Positions 1 through 10,537 of a DNA stretch of 64,000 nt are shown here, one piece after another. A model generated the notes under the pieces. The model was not told where the DNA came from and did not search any database. It saw only the letters and a program-made list of their open reading frames with translations. A program made the position numbers and the translations under genes. The first letter of the stretch is position 1. Each line of letters opens with the position of its first letter. The stretch comes from Alistipes sp. Lineage in GTDB: Bacteria; Bacteroidota; Bacteroidia; Bacteroidales; Rikenellaceae. Location of the stretch: NCBI GenBank assembly GCA_017465055.1, contig JAFTWZ010000039.1, positions 9,851 through 73,850 of the forward strand. The letters are read 5' to 3'.

Positions 1-1740
1 ACAAACCCCGATGCCTCGCACGATGCAGGTGGTACGGGTGGCATCATCAACATCATCTCGAAGCGCAATCGTGCCGAGGGATTTAGCAGTATGGTAGCCG
101 CAAACTATGGTTTCAACCACTTTGCAAATGGCAATATCGCCCTCTCGTATAATCGTCCAAAGACATCGTGGCGATTCAGCTACAATATTAAGTACGAGGA
201 CGATGTGGTAAATTCTACGTTCAACCGCAAGGTGCATAGCACAGGGTATGAGGTGTTCCAGCAGATGCAATCCACGCGCTACACCTTCAATAACAATATC
301 TCGCTCGGAGCAGATTTTCGCATCGACCCTCGCAATCGCTTGTCGGTAGATGCCAAACTGATTATCCCTCGCCTAAATATCAAGCAAGACCTTCATAATA
401 CCTTTGTCGATTATTCAGAGGAGCGATATAACGATGTTACGTGGAATCGTGTGAACATCGAGGGCTCGGTTGCCTACACTTATATTATCAAACCAGAGGT
501 TTCGGACTTAACGATTCGTGCTTCGGTGTCGAAGATTTGGGGCGAGCGACCATCTCACTACTTTGTGGGTGGTGTCGAGAATAACCGCTCGGTATCTGGT
601 GGAAGCCCATTCATACCATCTCTACAAGCTGACTACAAACATAAATTCGGTGTTGGCACACTCTCGGCGGGAGCAAAGTTAACCTATCGTCAGAACGATG
701 TATATCACGAATTTTATGAATTTGCGGATGGCGAGTGGATATATTCTGAAGCGATGAGTAAAGATATGCTGCACACCGAGTTGACTCCTGCGGCATACGC
801 AATGTTCTCATCTCGCATCGGCAATAAATTTAGCTATAAGGTGGGTTTGCGTGGTGAGTTCTCGACCGTAACACTCAATAGCAAGCACGAGGCAATCAAT
901 GAGCGTGAGAATGACTTTTTCGTTGCACCGAGCCTTTCGGCGACATATAAAATAGCCAAGAATCAAGATCTGTCGTTGGCTCTCTCTCGCCGCATTGGCC
1001 GCCCTACATATCCGCAGCTCATTCCATATATGAGTATGGTCGATGCTACAACCTACGAGCAGGGAAATATGCATCTCGACCCCGAGAAGGCAACAAAGGT
1101 TGATTTGAGCTATAGTCTACATTCAGAGGTAATAAATCTTTTTGTGAATGGCTACCTGAACTATACCACCGACTATATCTCGCAAGTGACCAAGATGGAG
1201 GACGAGCGACTGATAACAACCTACGCCAATGCCGACAAAGACCTTAAAACGGGAGTTGACCTCTCGTTGAAAGTAACACCAGCGAAGTGGTTTAACTTCT
1301 CGGTGGGTGCGAATACCTACTATGTAACTACCGAGGGCGTGTTCGAGGGTGCTCATATCGATAATCGTGGCTGGACAAACAATAGCAACCTCTTGCTTAA
1401 CTTCGCTCCTTGGAAGGGCGGAGATATTCAAGTGCAATACTTTGTGACAACACCGCAATACTATCCGCAGTTGACAACCTCGCTCACGCACCAGATGAAT
1501 ATAGGCATCAAGCAACGCCTCTTGAAGGGTGCTATGACCGTATCGGTACTCTTGACCGATGTCTTCAACACTGCCAAGTGGGAGGTGTGGTCGCATAACA
1601 ACCTCTTCGACCTCAAAAACAATAGCAAGAATAAGAGCCGTATGTTGTGGTTTGGAGTGTCGTACAACTTCAACTCCTTCAAGCAGCGAGGCGGTCAGAA
1701 GAGCGAGAATGACCGCAGCCTGATTAGATTGGGAATGTAA
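1..1740 (+). CDS. TonB-dependent receptor / outer-membrane beta-barrel family protein (5' truncated by window edge)
   Basis: Frame is open from base 1 (TNPDASHDAGGTGGIINIIS, typical plug-domain end). Amphipathic beta-strands, RRIGRP..QL.P and GN..L.PE motifs, C-terminal GVSYNF. Confidence 0.85.
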   Translation, partial: TNPDASHDAGGTGGIINIISKRNRAEGFSSMVAANYGFNHFANGNIALSYNRPKTSWRFSYNIKYEDDVVNSTFNRKVHSTGYEVFQQMQSTRYTFNNNISLGADFRIDPRNRLSVDAKLIIPRLNIKQDLHNTFVDYSEERYNDVTWNRVNIEGSVAYTYIIKPEVSDLTIRASVSKIWGERPSHYFVGGVENNRSVSGGSPFIPSLQADYKHKFGVGTLSAGAKLTYRQNDVYHEFYEFADGEWIYSEAMSKDMLHTELTPAAYAMFSSRIGNKFSYKVGLRGEFSTVTLNSKHEAINERENDFFVAPSLSATYKIAKNQDLSLALSRRIGRPTYPQLIPYMSMVDATTYEQGNMHLDPEKATKVDLSYSLHSEVINLFVNGYLNYTTDYISQVTKMEDERLITTYANADKDLKTGVDLSLKVTPAKWFNFSVGANTYYVTTEGVFEGAHIDNRGWTNNSNLLLNFAPWKGGDIQVQYFVTTPQYYPQLTTSLTHQMNIGIKQRLLKGAMTVSVLLTDVFNTAKWEVWSHNNLFDLKNNSKNKSRMLWFGVSYNFNSFKQRGGQKSENDRSLIRLGM

Positions 1741-1881
1741 AAGAATAAAGAGAATGGAGCCGATCTCGTTGGAGGTCAGCTCCTGCCTGCATTGCTTATC
1801 CGCGTTGTAGGTAGCCAAGACCTGGGTTAGATTTGTCGTTTAGGCGCGGGTTGGATTCTTTATGAGCTCGTCCAACTCACA

Positions 1882-2090
1882 CACCTCTTCGGCACGATGG
1901 AGTGGTCCTCACAACGGCACTCGGCGAGCCCGAGCGCATCATCGGCTACAACACCTGCCAGGTGGCGAAATACGATAATTACGAACTCGGCAGCTTCTCC
2001 GAACAGGCGAAGCTCGCTTGGCGCGATGCCCATTGGCAGAAGGATTTGCAACGAGCCTACGATGCTGGTCGCAAGATGGCGAAGGAGTAA
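1882..2090 (+). pseudogene. 3' remnant of a flavodoxin/NADPH-dependent FMN reductase family gene
   Basis: HLFGTMEW (frame of 1897) joins VLTTALGEPERIIGYNTCQV...KDLQRAYDAGRKMA (frame of 1902) by a 1-nt frameshift. No 5' half is present. Confidence 0.6.
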
Positions 2091-2107
2091 GAGGTTGTAA
2101 TTTGGAG

Positions 2108-2146
2108 ATAGAGAGAAAAAGTTTCGGCTTTTTCTCTCTATTTTTT
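2108..2146 (+). terminator. Intrinsic terminator
   Basis: Perfect 14-bp stem ATAGAGAGAAAAAG/CTTTTTCTCTCTAT followed by a T run. Confidence 0.8.
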
Positions 2147-2156
2147 AGATTATGCG

Positions 2157-2164
2157 TAACTTTG
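2157..2164 (+). promoter_or_regulatory. Bacteroidota -7 promoter box
   Basis: TAACTTTG 22 nt before the ATG at 2187. Confidence 0.6.
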
Positions 2165-2186
2165 TAAGGAACAAAGACCGAGAACT

Positions 2187-2903
2187 ATGACTCCACAACA
2201 ATTTATCGAGAAGTTTCGCGAGGCGTTTGGCGAGGCTGCGCCAATGCCTATCGCCTTTTGGTATGGCGATACGGCGGTAAATGCCGATAGTCGAGTGCCA
2301 CGATGTATGATTGGCGCTATCCGCAAGGTCTGCGAGGGCAATGCGCTGACGCTCACATCCGAGACGGTGCAGTGCGGAGGTGGTGGTCTATACACCGCCT
2401 TTAGGCCTATGCCCGAGCGCGTGCCACTATTTGTATCGGAGACCGAGCACTACAAACAGCGACCCGAGCAGGTGCGTGCCTATGTCGAGAGCCTCGAGAT
2501 AGAGATTACCGAGCTGCCATACCTTAACTTTGTGCGCGTCGACAAGCTCGATAGCTGGGAGGGTGTCGAAGCCGTTGTATTCTTTGCCACGCCCGATGTA
2601 TTGTCGGGGCTCTGCACCTGGGCCTTCTTCGACAACGATGCCGAGGATGCTGTGGTGACCAAGTTTGCCTCGGGCTGCGCGGCGGTAGTGTCGTTTGCCA
2701 CGGTGGAGAACCGCAAGGGTGGTCGCCGATGCTTTCTCGGTATGTTCGACCCCTCGGCACGCCCCCTTGTGCCGAAAGATGAGCTATCGTTTGCCGTGCC
2801 TATGAGCCGCTTTAAGGAGATGCTTCGCACTATGCCCCACTCGGCACTCTTCGAGCACGCCTTCTCGGTGGTACGACGAAGAATTGATGGTCTGATAAAG
2901 TAG
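2187..2903 (+). CDS. DUF169 domain protein
   Basis: P.AFWY, RC.I, CGGG..Y.GF-like, TPD.LSGL and F.SGC, D.SAR motifs. Confidence 0.75.
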   Translation: MTPQQFIEKFREAFGEAAPMPIAFWYGDTAVNADSRVPRCMIGAIRKVCEGNALTLTSETVQCGGGGLYTAFRPMPERVPLFVSETEHYKQRPEQVRAYVESLEIEITELPYLNFVRVDKLDSWEGVEAVVFFATPDVLSGLCTWAFFDNDAEDAVVTKFASGCAAVVSFATVENRKGGRRCFLGMFDPSARPLVPKDELSFAVPMSRFKEMLRTMPHSALFEHAFSVVRRRIDGLIK

Positions 2904-2910
2904 TATGGTT

Positions 2911-3231
2911 ATGTCCAGCAGTGCCGATTTTGTAGAATATATCGTAGACCAGTGCGCCGATGCTGGCGATATCACCACGCGAAAGATGATGGGCGACTAC
3001 TGCATCTACTGCAATGGCCGTCTCTTCGGCCTTATCTGCGACAACGCTCTGTATATCAAGCCTACGGAAGCGACACGGGCGCTACTGCGCGAGGTGATTA
3101 TGCGCCCACCATACGATGGGGCAAAGGAGCACCTACTTATTACGGATGTAGATGACCGAGACTACTTAGCGAAGATAGTGAGTGCAACAATCGCCAATCT
3201 TCCCGTCTCAAAACCTAAAAAACAAAAGTAA
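2911..3231 (+). CDS. TfoX/Sxy N-terminal domain protein
   Basis: RKMMGDYCIYCNG.LFGLICDN.LYIKPT and PPYDGAK motifs. Confidence 0.85.
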   Translation: MSSSADFVEYIVDQCADAGDITTRKMMGDYCIYCNGRLFGLICDNALYIKPTEATRALLREVIMRPPYDGAKEHLLITDVDDRDYLAKIVSATIANLPVSKPKKQK

Positions 3232-3236
3232 AAGCT

Positions 3237-4004
3237 ATGAAGATAACAACCATATATTTTAGTGCCACCTACACCACCAAGCGTGTGGTCGAGGCCGTGG
3301 CCAAATATCTTGCCAACGATGTCACGACATACGATATAACCAACGACTCGGCAACCGACATAGTCGAGATTCCTGCCGATGGAGTTTTGGTCGTAGGCGT
3401 GCCCGTATATGCTGGTCGCGTGCCCTCTATGGCAGTCGAGCGTCTCCGCCGCTTTAGGGGCAACAACACTCCTGCGGTTGTCGTGGCCGTATATGGCAAT
3501 CGCCACTACGACGATGCCGTCTTGGAGTTACACGATATTGTGTCGGAGTGTGGCTTCCGCACCGTTGCGGCAGGAGCGTTTGTTGCCCAGCACTCCATAT
3601 TCCCGAAGGTCGGCACGGCACGCCCCGATTCCGAGGATATGGCCGATATAGAGCGTTTTGCTTCGACCACTGCTGAATTGTTGGCAAATGGTTTTGGCGA
3701 TATCACGCTCCCAGGCAACCGCCCCTATAAGGAGCCAGGCGCAATACCCATCTGGCCTACGGCATCGCGACGCTGCACCTCGTGTGGCGCCTGCTCACGC
3801 CTCTGCCCTACGGGAGCTATCGACCCAGCCGCACCGCAGGGCGTAGACAAGAGTAGGTGCATAAAATGTGGCCGCTGCGTCGCCATCTGCCCGACTAAGG
3901 CACGCCGTTTCTACGGCATCAAGTACTCCCTTGCCGCAGCACGCTTCAACACCGCCTTCGCCCCACGCCGAGAGAACGAAGTGTGGTTTGCACGGATGAA
4001 ATAG
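3237..4004 (+). CDS. EFR1-type flavodoxin + 2x[4Fe-4S] ferredoxin protein
   Basis: YFSATYTT, PVYAGRVP, VYGNR.YDDA; CTSCGACSRLCP and CIKCGRCVAICP. Confidence 0.88.
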   Translation: MKITTIYFSATYTTKRVVEAVAKYLANDVTTYDITNDSATDIVEIPADGVLVVGVPVYAGRVPSMAVERLRRFRGNNTPAVVVAVYGNRHYDDAVLELHDIVSECGFRTVAAGAFVAQHSIFPKVGTARPDSEDMADIERFASTTAELLANGFGDITLPGNRPYKEPGAIPIWPTASRRCTSCGACSRLCPTGAIDPAAPQGVDKSRCIKCGRCVAICPTKARRFYGIKYSLAAARFNTAFAPRRENEVWFARMK

Positions 4005-4032
4005 TTACTAACAATCAAGCATATATACGATT

Positions 4033-4710
4033 ATGAGACCATATATCATTTGCCATATGATAGCCTCGGTTGATGGCCGCATCGACTGCGATATGACCGA
4101 GCAGATTGAGGGTGGCAACGAGTATTACGAGGCGCTCGAAGCGCTCGAGTGCCCATCGATGCTTATGGGGCGCGTGACGATGCAGATGCACTACGCCCTC
4201 GCCGAGCCATTCGTAGCACTAAATCCCGAGCCGATAGGTCGCGAGGCCTTCCACGTAGCACGCAACTCTGAGGCCTACTGTGTAGGCATCGATACTCGCG
4301 GCAAGCTACAATGGGGCGATACGGAGTTCGACGGCCAGGCGTTGCTTATTATCACCGACGAGCAGTGCCCCAAAGCCTACCACGACCGCCTTACTGAGCA
4401 GGGCATATCGTGGATAGCCGTGGGCAAGGAGGGCATAAATTTTGCACGCGCTATGGAGCTACTTACCGAGAAGTTTAGCGTTGAGCGTCTGGCAGTTACT
4501 GGCGGCGGACATATCAACGGAGCATTCTTAGAGGCCTCGCTTCTCGACGAGATAAGCTTTATGGTTGCCCCAGGCATTGATGGCCGCTCGGGTATGGCAG
4601 CAGTATTCGATGGCATAGAGGACAAGAGCCGACGAGCCACCCAGCTACACCTCGAGAGCGTCAAACAGATAGGAGAAACTGTATGGATGAGGTATAGACC
4701 TAAGAATTAG
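4033..4710 (+). CDS. RibD C-terminal / dihydrofolate reductase family protein
   Basis: MRPYIICHM.ASVDGRID, GGG.INGAFL, LLDEIS..VAP.IDG. Confidence 0.85.
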   Translation: MRPYIICHMIASVDGRIDCDMTEQIEGGNEYYEALEALECPSMLMGRVTMQMHYALAEPFVALNPEPIGREAFHVARNSEAYCVGIDTRGKLQWGDTEFDGQALLIITDEQCPKAYHDRLTEQGISWIAVGKEGINFARAMELLTEKFSVERLAVTGGGHINGAFLEASLLDEISFMVAPGIDGRSGMAAVFDGIEDKSRRATQLHLESVKQIGETVWMRYRPKN

Positions 4711-4716
4711 ATAGTT

Positions 4717-5274
4717 ATGAGAAAGAGTTTTGGATCAAAAAGCTGGCTATATCCTATGCCAGTGCTTATTGTAGCGGCCTATGATGCCGAGGGTAGGCCC
4801 AATGCGATGAACGCTGCGTGGGGCGGAGTATTTACAGACGACCATATCGGCATATGTATATCCGAGGGGCATAAGACCACGAAAAATATCCTCGCAACGA
4901 GAGCCTTCACAGTGAGTATGGCCACAGTCGAGCAGCTCGCAGCGTGCGACTATGTGGGCATAGTGTCGGGCAATAAAGAGGCTGACAAGGTTGCAAAAGC
5001 GGGCTTTACAACGTCACGCTCCGAGGTCGTTAACGCCCCTATTATCAACGAATTGCCTATGACCTTGGAGTGCGAGATGGTGTCGTACGACACAGAGAGC
5101 AACCACCTCGTAGGCCGTATTGTTAACGTCAGTGCCGACGAGCGCATCCTCACCGATGGCAAAATAGACTACCGCAAGCTACGCCCTATAACCTACGACC
5201 CCATCAACCATCACTACATCGAGCTGGGCGACGTCGTAGGCAACGCCTTCGCGGATGGTAAGAGACTAAAATAA
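4717..5274 (+). CDS. Flavin reductase family protein
   Basis: LYPMPVLIV, NAMNAAWGG, DYVGIVSG, API..ELP..LEC. Confidence 0.88.
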   Translation: MRKSFGSKSWLYPMPVLIVAAYDAEGRPNAMNAAWGGVFTDDHIGICISEGHKTTKNILATRAFTVSMATVEQLAACDYVGIVSGNKEADKVAKAGFTTSRSEVVNAPIINELPMTLECEMVSYDTESNHLVGRIVNVSADERILTDGKIDYRKLRPITYDPINHHYIELGDVVGNAFADGKRLK

Positions 5275-5288
5275 AATATATTACAGAT

Positions 5289-5912
5289 ATGAAAGTTCTA
5301 CTAATAAATGGCAGTCCTCGCAAAGAGGGAAACACCGCCACAGCCTTAGCCGAGGTAGCGAAGCAGCTGGCCAACGAGGGTATTGACAGCGAAACGATGT
5401 GGATAGGCAATGGCCCAATCCGAGGGTGCGTAGCGTGTAATCAGTGTGCACAACAGGGGCTTGGTCGTTGCATCTTCGATGACGACGTGTGCAACCGCAT
5501 ATCGGAGAAGTTTGCCCAGGTAGATGCACTTATTGTAGGCTCTCCAGTTTACTACGGGCAGCCTAATGGAGCACTACTCTCAGTCATCCAGAGGGCCTTC
5601 TACTCCAACGGTGCAAATATCTCGGGTAAGCCTGCTGCGGCCATTGCGGTCTGTCGCCGAGGTGGTGCTACGGCGGCCTTCGAGGCACTCAATATGCCCT
5701 TTCAGATGATGAATATGCCAGTGGTCACATCGCAGTACTGGAATATCGTATATGGTCGTGTTGCAGGCGAAGCGGCCCTCGATAGCGAGGGAATGCAGAC
5801 TATGCGTACCTTAGCTCGCAATATGGCGTGGCTACTGAAGTGCACCAACGCAACTCCAGCTCCTGGCCGCCCGACCGACGAAGAGTGGGCTGCGATGCAC
5901 TTCGTAAGATAG
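5289..5912 (+). CDS. Flavodoxin family / iron-sulfur flavoprotein (NADPH-dependent FMN reductase fold)
   Basis: INGSPR..GNT, CVACNQC...C, GSPVYY, RRGG, SQYWN. Confidence 0.88.
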   Translation: MKVLLINGSPRKEGNTATALAEVAKQLANEGIDSETMWIGNGPIRGCVACNQCAQQGLGRCIFDDDVCNRISEKFAQVDALIVGSPVYYGQPNGALLSVIQRAFYSNGANISGKPAAAIAVCRRGGATAAFEALNMPFQMMNMPVVTSQYWNIVYGRVAGEAALDSEGMQTMRTLARNMAWLLKCTNATPAPGRPTDEEWAAMHFVR

Positions 5913-5956
5913 TGGAGTATATCACGCGGCCAATTACTCTTATAATCTGTAGGGCA

Positions 5957-6754
5957 CTACCGCTTTGTCGAGGCTCTGAGGCCCTCGATGACGCTGTGGG
6001 TGAAACCTGCAGCCTCCATAGCGTTTAGGCCCTTGATTGTAAGGCCTCCAGGTGTGGTCACACGGTCGATCTCGACCTCGGGGTGCGCACCACCTGCCTC
6101 GAGGATATCGGCAGCGCCGCGCAGCGTCTGCATCACTATCCGCTTGGCGTCATCGGCCCTAAAGCCAAGCTCGACGCCGCCCTCCATCGCCGCACGTATG
6201 TAGCGCAGGGCATAGGCTATGCCACACGATGCAAGCGACGTGCCCGCTGGTATCAGACCCTCGTCGACAAGCATCGCCACGCCAAGCTCGTTGAAGATAT
6301 CTACAACGTGGGCGTCCATCGCTTCGGTCGAGCGTGCCGAGGCGATAAAGGTCATACTGCTCATCGTAGCGATGGCCGTATTAGGTATTATAAGATATGT
6401 CGCTGGCAGCACACCATCGCCCTTATCGAGCCACTCGGAGAGTTGTGCGATTCCCAAACCTCCGACCATCGAGGCTACGGCCTGACGCTTGTAGTCGATA
6501 TGGGGTTTTATCTCCTCGAGCACCTCGACCACCTTCCAGGGTTTTACGGCCAGCACCACGAGGTCGGCAGCCTCTGCCGCCTCGCGATTATCGGTTGTTA
6601 TGTTTATCTCGGGGTATTCGCGCTTCAACACCTCGAGCTTTGCGGGCGAGGAGTTTGAGACATAGATATCCGATGTAGCCACAATGGCCCCCTGTGCTAC
6701 GCCTCGCGCCAGCGCACCACCCATATTACCTGCGCCTATTACTGCTATCTTCAT
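5957..6754 (-). CDS. proC: Pyrroline-5-carboxylate reductase
   Basis: IGAGNMG, LAVKP, IPNTA, VTTPGGLTI.GL. Start moved to MKIAVIG (6754), with a -7 box TATCTTTG at 6790-6797 on the minus strand. Confidence 0.95.
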   Translation of the reverse strand: MKIAVIGAGNMGGALARGVAQGAIVATSDIYVSNSSPAKLEVLKREYPEINITTDNREAAEAADLVVLAVKPWKVVEVLEEIKPHIDYKRQAVASMVGGLGIAQLSEWLDKGDGVLPATYLIIPNTAIATMSSMTFIASARSTEAMDAHVVDIFNELGVAMLVDEGLIPAGTSLASCGIAYALRYIRAAMEGGVELGFRADDAKRIVMQTLRGAADILEAGGAHPEVEIDRVTTPGGLTIKGLNAMEAAGFTHSVIEGLRASTKR

Positions 6755-6839
6755 ACTCTTTCGCTGTTTTCGTTGACATAATAGTCTACAAAGATAGCAT
6801 TTTTCAGCGAATAATCGCACCTTCAATGGCTCAAAACAG

Positions 6840-7373
6840 CTACTTAAAAACTGCCCCCGACATCGCCACACCGCCGAAGCCAAGCGATGCCAAATAGGGG
6901 ATTCGCTCGCAGGTAACGCCCCCCAAGGCGACTACCCTACCGTCGATAATACCCTCTCGGGCAGCGCGACATAGCTCACTATGGCTAAAGGCCGACGTGT
7001 AGCCCTCCTTCGAGATACTGTCGAATATGGGGCTAAGGAAGAGATAGTCGCACGACTCCTTGTAGCGTACCACCTCGTCGAGCGTGTGACACGAGCGTGT
7101 GCGCGAGCCGTGGTAGTCGTCTGGGAGCAGCGTAACGTTGCGGTTTAGATGCACGCCTCTGAGCGCAAACTCTTCGTAGAGCACGGCGTAGTCGTGAATG
7201 ACTATCCTGCTTCGCTCCTCCGACGTCAACTCGCCGAGAAGGAGTCGACAATACTCCTCGCCAGCCTCGGGCTTGCGCAGATGCACAATGTCGAAGTCAT
7301 CGGCGAGGAGGCGACTAATAATTGCCGCCTCCCCAACGATAGCCTCAGGACGTGTAATAGCAATCCTAAGCAT
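6840..7373 (-). CDS. Thiamine-phosphate synthase-like protein (short ThiE/TenI paralogue)
   Basis: HLRKP, GVHL, SCH...EV, LSPIFDSISK.GY, ALGGV. Last gene of the thi operon. Confidence 0.8.
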   Translation of the reverse strand: MLRIAITRPEAIVGEAAIISRLLADDFDIVHLRKPEAGEEYCRLLLGELTSEERSRIVIHDYAVLYEEFALRGVHLNRNVTLLPDDYHGSRTRSCHTLDEVVRYKESCDYLFLSPIFDSISKEGYTSAFSHSELCRAAREGIIDGRVVALGGVTCERIPYLASLGFGGVAMSGAVFK

Positions 7374-7378
7374 AGCAC

Positions 7379-8152
7379 TTAGCGTGTAAGCCTCTCGATA
7401 ATCAGGTCGGCAACCCTCCTACCCGACAAGAGCATACCACCAAAGATAGGGCCCATACGTGGCGTACCACTAACGGCCGAGGCGGCCATACCACAGACGT
7501 AGAGGCCTGGGTATATCTCCTTCGTGCCATTTACGACCTCCGCTTCGCCCGCTACCACATCGAGCGAACGCTCGCCAATGACTGCTCCAGTGTCGGTAGC
7601 AAGGCGAATGCCATTCTTGCGAGCTACAGTGCGACACATCTCGCTGTCGTGACCCGTGCCATCGATGACGCACTTAGCCATAATATTTAGTGGGTCGACG
7701 TGCAAGCCCTCGCGTAGCACCGGAGTCCAGTTTACCACAACGCCACTTACAACGTCGTTTTTAAATATCACATCCTCAACAGAGTAGCAGTTAAATACCG
7801 TAGCTCCTGCGTGCACCGCCTTATAGAGCAGTGCCGAGGTGCTCTCGACCGAATCCATAACATATAACCCCTCGTCGTAAGGCTCGTAGTTGATATCAAA
7901 CTCCTTGATAATATGCAGTGCCTCCTCCTGCACTACAATCTGGTTGAACATCATAGCGCCGCCCCACATACCGCCTCCGGGCGATAGCTTCCTATCGAAG
8001 AGCGCAACTCGCAAACCCGCCTTAGCGAGGTAGTAGGCCGCCACAATACCCGAAGGGCCTCCGCCAACGATGGCCACATCCAGATCCAGATTCTTCTCCA
8101 GTTTGTCGAAATAGGTAGAGATAATACCTCGAGATACTCGTTTTTCAATCAT
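7379..8152 (-). CDS. thi4: Thi4-family thiazole synthase (His-type, sulfide-dependent)
   Basis: DVAIVGGGPSG, GGGMWGG.M.F, GLHVDPL, DGTGHD, PRMGPIFGGMLLSG. Confidence 0.93.
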   Translation of the reverse strand: MIEKRVSRGIISTYFDKLEKNLDLDVAIVGGGPSGIVAAYYLAKAGLRVALFDRKLSPGGGMWGGAMMFNQIVVQEEALHIIKEFDINYEPYDEGLYVMDSVESTSALLYKAVHAGATVFNCYSVEDVIFKNDVVSGVVVNWTPVLREGLHVDPLNIMAKCVIDGTGHDSEMCRTVARKNGIRLATDTGAVIGERSLDVVAGEAEVVNGTKEIYPGLYVCGMAASAVSGTPRMGPIFGGMLLSGRRVADLIIERLTR

Positions 8153-8186
8153 AATACGTCAAATATTAATAAAGGTTGTTAAACAT

Positions 8187-9809
<1,623 letters not shown>

Positions 9810-9883
9810 TTATCTGCACAATACTCTGCAAATCAGAGCTGAGAGGCTACCGCAACAAGAGCTATCGGCAACCATAGACTCAT

Positions 9884-10537
9884 TTACTTATTTATGGTGT
9901 AGGCCTCGACTAATTCGGCTATCTTCCGCATCTCCGAGACAGGGTTTTCGGCTCGTAATACACTGCCGCTTAGCGCTATGCCATCAACGCCTACGTCCAG
10001 GAGCAACGGGATATCACGCTCTTCGATACCACCTATGGCCACAAGGGGCATCATAATATTTTGAGCGCGCATCTGCGCTATAATCGCACGATAGCCCTCG
10101 ATGCCAAGCATTGGAGCAAGTCGCTCCTTAGTCTGCGTAAAGCGGTATGGCCCACAGCCGAAGTAGTCGGGCACGACACCACGCATATGCGCCTCGATAT
10201 CGGCCATAGTGTTGACCGTAGCGCCAATGATATACCCCTCGCCGAGGAGCGCGCGAGCCTCGGCAACCGACATATCCTCTTTGCCCAGATGCACACCATC
10301 TGCACCAATGCGCTTTACCAGCATCACATCGTCATCGATGATAAACGTGGCGCCATAGTCCCGACACATATCCCTTACGACTATGGCCGTCTGCTCCATA
10401 AGGCTCGTCTCCACCCCCTTCATACGTAGCTGTACCCAGCGACAGCCACCCTCCAAAGCCATACGCGCAGAATCGAGATAGGTGTAGCGATCGGTGTAGT
10501 GGGTGATAAACTGCAATCTATAACTTAGGCTCTTCAT
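9884..10537 (-). CDS. thiE: Thiamine-phosphate synthase
   Basis: WVQLRMK, FIIDD, ADGVHLG..D, GP.RFT.TK, VAIGGI. Confidence 0.93.
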   Translation of the reverse strand: MKSLSYRLQFITHYTDRYTYLDSARMALEGGCRWVQLRMKGVETSLMEQTAIVVRDMCRDYGATFIIDDDVMLVKRIGADGVHLGKEDMSVAEARALLGEGYIIGATVNTMADIEAHMRGVVPDYFGCGPYRFTQTKERLAPMLGIEGYRAIIAQMRAQNIMMPLVAIGGIEERDIPLLLDVGVDGIALSGSVLRAENPVSEMRKIAELVEAYTINK

